Below are positions 60,105 to 64,000 of a stretch of DNA of 64,000 bases, piece by piece; the stretch's first letter is position 1, and each line of letters opens with the position of its first letter. This DNA is from Desulfatiglandales bacterium. GTDB taxonomy: Bacteria; Desulfobacterota; DSM-4660; Desulfatiglandales; Desulfatiglandaceae. The notes under the pieces are model-generated. The model did not search any database and was not told the DNA's origin. It worked only from the letters and a program-made list of their open reading frames with translations. Position numbers and translations under genes: made by a program. The stretch is from positions 4,224,001-4,288,000 of the forward strand of contig OY759599.1 of NCBI GenBank assembly GCA_963662465.1, read 5' to 3'.

Positions 60105-61184
60105 ATGCATTATTTTATTGACTACGTTCTTCCCTTCCTGATTGTTCTGGGAGTTTTAATTTTTTTCCATGAGCTGGGACATTTCCTCGTTGCCAAGTAT
60201 TTCGGGATAAAGGTTCTCAAGTTTTCATTGGGTTTCGGACCAAAGCTGGTCGGGAAAAAAATAGGTGAGACCGAATACCTCATTTCCGCCGTTCCTCTGG
60301 GCGGCTATGTGAAAATGCTCGGCGAAAACGGTGATGATGAAGACCCCGTTTCTCCCGAAGATGAAGCAAAATCTTTCAGTCATAAACCCGCCATTCAACG
60401 CATCGCGGTTGTGGCCGCCGGGCCGATTTTCAACCTTCTGCTGGCCCTGCTCATTTTTTTCGGTTCTTATGCCGTTACCGGCATGCAAGTCCTGACCACT
60501 GAAATCGGCGAGGTACGACAAGGGTCGCCGGCAAACAATGCAGGCCTTCAAAAGGGCGATCTGATTCTTGCGCTTGACGATAAAGATACGAGCACCTGGC
60601 CCCAGCTCAAAGAAATGGTCCAGGACAATCAAGGGGAGGCGATCCGCGTAACCCTTGAGCGAAAAGGAGACGTCATAACAGTTACCATCGTTCCCGAAAT
60701 GAGCGTGGTCAAAAACATCTTTGGGGAAGAAATCAGCACACCGCTTTTGGGCATTGTCTCGGCCGGAACCTTCAGGGAAATCAAACTGAACATTTTCGGG
60801 GCTGTCAGAGAAGGATTTCTGAAAACATGGGAAATCATCAAGCTGACCTGTTTGACGGTTGTCAAGCTGTTTCAGGGAATCGTACCGCTAAAAACCCTTG
60901 GGGGTCCCATTCTGATCGGCCAAATGACCGGTGAACTGGCCAAGGAAAGCTGGGCTTATCTGATTCCCTTTACCGGCGTTATCAGCATAAACCTCGGCAT
61001 TTTGAACCTTCTGCCCGTGCCGATTCTTGACGGCGGCTTCATTATCTTTCTTTTGATTGAACTGATAATCGGACGTCCCCTGAATATCAAAAAGCGTGAA
61101 TTCGCGCAAAAATTCGGTATTGGCCTTCTCGTATTGCTCATGATCGTCGTTATTTATAACGATATCACAAGAATTTTGGGATAA
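60105..61184 (+). CDS. rseP: RIP metalloprotease RseP
   Basis: HELGH, PDZ domain, NLLPVPILDGG. Confidence 0.95.
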   Translation: MHYFIDYVLPFLIVLGVLIFFHELGHFLVAKYFGIKVLKFSLGFGPKLVGKKIGETEYLISAVPLGGYVKMLGENGDDEDPVSPEDEAKSFSHKPAIQRIAVVAAGPIFNLLLALLIFFGSYAVTGMQVLTTEIGEVRQGSPANNAGLQKGDLILALDDKDTSTWPQLKEMVQDNQGEAIRVTLERKGDVITVTIVPEMSVVKNIFGEEISTPLLGIVSAGTFREIKLNIFGAVREGFLKTWEIIKLTCLTVVKLFQGIVPLKTLGGPILIGQMTGELAKESWAYLIPFTGVISINLGILNLLPVPILDGGFIIFLLIELIIGRPLNIKKREFAQKFGIGLLVLLMIVVIYNDITRILG

Positions 61185-61202
61185 AGGGTTTCGTTAAAGA
61201 CA

Positions 61203-61952
61203 ATGATTCTAGCCCTGAACACCTCTACTCAGCAATGCAGTATCGCACTGTTGCGGGGGGACGGCACTGTTGCATCGGAGGTGCTGATGTCCGGCGGAAA
61301 AGGACATTTTGGCGACCTCATGCCGGCCCTTGACATGCTGCTCCATACTTCCAGGTTCGCCCCCAAAGACATTAAAGGTGTTGCGGTTGCAACCGGCCCC
61401 GGCAGCTTTACCGGTCTTCGGGTGGGTCTTTCCCTGGCAAAAGGATTTTGCCAGGCGCTTCAGGTTCCTATCATCGGCATATCCAGCCTGAAGGCCATGG
61501 CCTTTCAAATGCCACACACACCTCACCCCATCGCTCCAATTATCGCCTCTAGGAAAGGAGAAGTGTTTACGGCCCTTTTTCGATGGGACCAGGGAAACCA
61601 ACTCAGGCGAAAGGAAAAAGACAATTGTTTTAAACTCAATGCCTTCCCTTCCCTGTTTACGAAAACCACGGTTTTCGTGGGAAACGACTACCGGAACCAG
61701 GTTGAAGCCCTGAGAGAATTGCTCGGGGGCCACGCCATGATGGCCCCGCCCCATTGCTGGCGCCTCAACGCCTCTTCGGTAGGTGCGTTGGCGCTTCACC
61801 GTTTTGATGCCGGTGATCTTGATGATCCCAACACGTTAACCCCCGTATATTTCAGGCCCCCTGACATACGTCCAAATCCGCTTTTACCGCTCCATCAATT
61901 ATCAGTTCACAGGGGGCAGGGGGCAGAGCCTTATATTGAACACCGATATTAA
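61203..61952 (+). CDS. tsaB: tRNA threonylcarbamoyladenosine biosynthesis protein TsaB
   Basis: GPGSFTGLRVG, RKGEVF. Confidence 0.9.
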   Translation: MILALNTSTQQCSIALLRGDGTVASEVLMSGGKGHFGDLMPALDMLLHTSRFAPKDIKGVAVATGPGSFTGLRVGLSLAKGFCQALQVPIIGISSLKAMAFQMPHTPHPIAPIIASRKGEVFTALFRWDQGNQLRRKEKDNCFKLNAFPSLFTKTTVFVGNDYRNQVEALRELLGGHAMMAPPHCWRLNASSVGALALHRFDAGDLDDPNTLTPVYFRPPDIRPNPLLPLHQLSVHRGQGAEPYIEHRY

Positions 61953-62071
61953 AAAAGAGTGCCTCAAATATACGGGTTGACTTCATTAGACCAAAGCTGT
62001 TTTTTTCTGCACCCTGACACCTGCACCCTGTGAACGATTACCTTTGAATTTACCCATGGCCGATAACGCCG

Positions 62072-62100
62072 TTGACAAGCGGTATCAAAAAAAATATAAC
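62072..62100 (+). promoter_or_regulatory. Sigma70 promoter of psd-rsmD-coaD
   Basis: TTGACA-N17-TATAAC. Confidence 0.65.
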
Positions 62101-62142
62101 ATCGTCAACATTGCTTAATAATATGATTGGATCTAATTGCAC

Positions 62143-62805
62143 ATGGATAAGGAAACACGCATCAACAATAGATTGCCTTTTGCAAGAGAAGGATTCCCGT
62201 TTATTTTCACTGGGATCGGAATTACCATTTTCTTTGCCTGGCTCGGTCTGACAACGCTCACCCTTATTGCCTGCGCCATTGCCCTCTTCGTTCTTTACTT
62301 TTTCAGGGATCCCGAACGGCATCATTCGGGACCCAAAAACGCCGTGCTGACGCCTGCGGATGGACGGATTCTGGAGATCAAAAAATTAGACGGTAAAAAC
62401 AGTCCATTAGGCCAACCGGCCATCAAAGTATCTATTTTCATGTCCATTTTTAATGTCCATGTCAACCGGATCCCCATTCAGGGAATCGTCAAAAACATCT
62501 CCTATCATCCGGGAAAATTTCTTTCAGCCAACCTGGACAAAGCGTCGGAGCAAAATGAAAATAACCGAGTTACATTGAAAACAATTGATGCCAAGGAAAT
62601 CATGGTCATCCAGATCGCCGGATTAATCGCAAGACGCATTGCCTGCTGGATTGATGAAAGGGACACAGTTGAAACCGGACAGAGATTCGGTCTTATCCGC
62701 TTTGGTTCCAGACTCGAGGTTTTTCTGCCTGCGGACAGCAACATCACTATCCAGGTTCGACAAAAAGTTAAAGCAGGGGAGACGGTTATCGGCTATCTTC
62801 AATAA
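62143..62805 (+). CDS. psd: Phosphatidylserine decarboxylase proenzyme
   Basis: FFRDPER, PADG, NVHVNRIP, RFGSR self-cleavage motif. Confidence 0.93.
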   Translation: MDKETRINNRLPFAREGFPFIFTGIGITIFFAWLGLTTLTLIACAIALFVLYFFRDPERHHSGPKNAVLTPADGRILEIKKLDGKNSPLGQPAIKVSIFMSIFNVHVNRIPIQGIVKNISYHPGKFLSANLDKASEQNENNRVTLKTIDAKEIMVIQIAGLIARRIACWIDERDTVETGQRFGLIRFGSRLEVFLPADSNITIQVRQKVKAGETVIGYLQ

Positions 62806-62806
62806 G

Positions 62807-63367
62807 ATGAAAATAACCGGCGGCCAAATAAAAGGGAGGAAACTTGCAGCACCCAAGGATCTTGAAATTCGCCCCACCGGCAACAAGGTACGCGAAGCGA
62901 TCTTCAATATCATCGGACAAAATCTTTTCGGTTACCGGGTACTGGATCTGTTTGCAGGCACTGGCCTTCTCGGCATCGAGTCACTCAGTCGAGGCGCCGC
63001 CCGTGCCGTCTTTGTTGATCATGCAAAACAATCCGTTGCACTGATAAGGAAAAACCTCGCGCTATGCGGGTATGAAAATACAGGGTTTATATGTAAATGG
63101 AATTTGTCAAAGGGGCTTCCCAGGAGTAAACCCTTCCTCAATACCACTTATGATCTGGTTTTTCTCGATCCACCCTATGCAAGCCATCCGGCGCCCGGGT
63201 TAGTCGAGGATCTTTCCCGTTCGGAGCAGTTGGCGCCCGGGGCACTGATAATTTTGGAAACCGCAAAGACCGTAGAGACAAAGCATGCCGTGTCTCTACC
63301 TTTGATTGAAACCCGAATTTATGGGGATACCAAACTCAGTATCTTTAAAAAAAAGGAACCTTCATGA
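62807..63367 (+). CDS. rsmD: 16S rRNA m2G966 methyltransferase
   Basis: RPT, LDLFAGTGLLGIESLSRGA, FLDPPY. Confidence 0.93.
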   Translation: MKITGGQIKGRKLAAPKDLEIRPTGNKVREAIFNIIGQNLFGYRVLDLFAGTGLLGIESLSRGAARAVFVDHAKQSVALIRKNLALCGYENTGFICKWNLSKGLPRSKPFLNTTYDLVFLDPPYASHPAPGLVEDLSRSEQLAPGALIILETAKTVETKHAVSLPLIETRIYGDTKLSIFKKKEPS

Positions 63368-63861
63368 GAAAAAATATCGCTGTTTATCCCGGCTTTTTCG
63401 ACCCTATCACCAATGGACATCTCAGCGTTGTTTCAAGGGGATTGGAAATATTTGATAAATTGATTATCGCCATTTTGAACAATCCTAAAAAAGTCCCCCT
63501 CTTTTCCATCGAAGAGAGAATCGACATGATTGAGAAAGCCGTCCATAAGGATTCAAGAATAGAAGTGGATACTTTCGATGGTCTGTTGGTGGACTATGTG
63601 ATCCACAAAGATTCCAATGTGGTTCTGCGGGGATTGCGCGCCCTTTCCGATTTTGAATATGAATTCCAGATGGCCCTTATGAACCGAAAACTTAACCGCG
63701 ACGTGCAATCTATTTTTCTAATGACGGATTATAAATGGTTTTATATCAGTTCGACGATTATCAAAGAGGCGGCAAGCTTTGGCGGCGACGTCAGCGGCCT
63801 GGTCCCAGAAATCGTCAACCATAACCTGAAAGAAAAGTTCCAAAAGACAAATAACACTTGA
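63364..63861 (+). CDS. coaD: Pantetheine-phosphate adenylyltransferase
   Basis: YPGFFDPITNGH, RGLRALSDFEYE. Confidence 0.96.
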   Translation: MRKNIAVYPGFFDPITNGHLSVVSRGLEIFDKLIIAILNNPKKVPLFSIEERIDMIEKAVHKDSRIEVDTFDGLLVDYVIHKDSNVVLRGLRALSDFEYEFQMALMNRKLNRDVQSIFLMTDYKWFYISSTIIKEAASFGGDVSGLVPEIVNHNLKEKFQKTNNT

Positions 63862-64000
63862 CACTCTTTTCGCCATAAGCCATATTCATCGTTGATAAAA
63901 TTGGATATTACAGATGATTTATCAGCATGAAAAAATATAATAAATCGAACTATAGATTTCTGAAGTCTCTTTCGAGAGACCACGTAGGAGGATCAACGGT

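Noticed and set aside
62143..62807. psd without adjacent pssA
   Set aside because: The psd-pssA linkage is variable, so absence here says little without the rest of the genome.
1..64000. CRISPR array, cas genes, retron or DGR
   Set aside because: No repeat-spacer array, Cas motifs or reverse transcriptase seen. The zinc-ribbon repeats are coding and the heptamer arrays have no spacers.

Overview
The window looks like chromosome of an anaerobic Desulfobacterota-type (deltaproteobacterial) bacterium; this is inferred from gene content only. 1-10.7 kb: housekeeping and redox genes (glutamate-synthase-like FMN protein end, LuxR regulator, NuoE/NuoF/NuoG-N-like trio with no catalytic subunit, XRE-cupin regulator, HD protein, EamA, sirtuin, asd), then tRNA-Sec. 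About 10.8-25.7 kb: a decayed accessory island with phage lysozyme and terminase remnants, an IS1634 element, an IS1 remnant, a 4.7-kb element bounded by 50-bp inverted repeats that carries istA/istB plus three accessory genes (Zn-finger, winged-HTH, ParB-like), a zinc-ribbon-repeat nuclease, HigBA, an internally deleted PIN toxin with its partner, a methylase remnant, and a DUF3800 gene faced by a candidate ~60-nt structured RNA with its own promoter and terminator. 25.7-30 kb: two convergent genes (secreted protein, TonB receptor), each behind a cobalamin riboswitch with a near-identical terminator module. 30-64 kb: core genes (MFS, M24 peptidase, recD2, asnS, serC, cooC, HU, MesB-like methionine synthase, ftsB-like, Liv-type ABC transporter with two acyl-CoA ligases, dGTPase-like, rpsB-tsf-frr-uppS-cdsA-dxr-rseP-tsaB with no pyrH, psd-rsmD-coaD). 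Best candidates for a poorly described system are the DUF3800/ncRNA pair, the ParB-carrying IS21-like transposon and the twin-riboswitch B12 locus. Family calls come from recognising motifs by eye; no searches were run.
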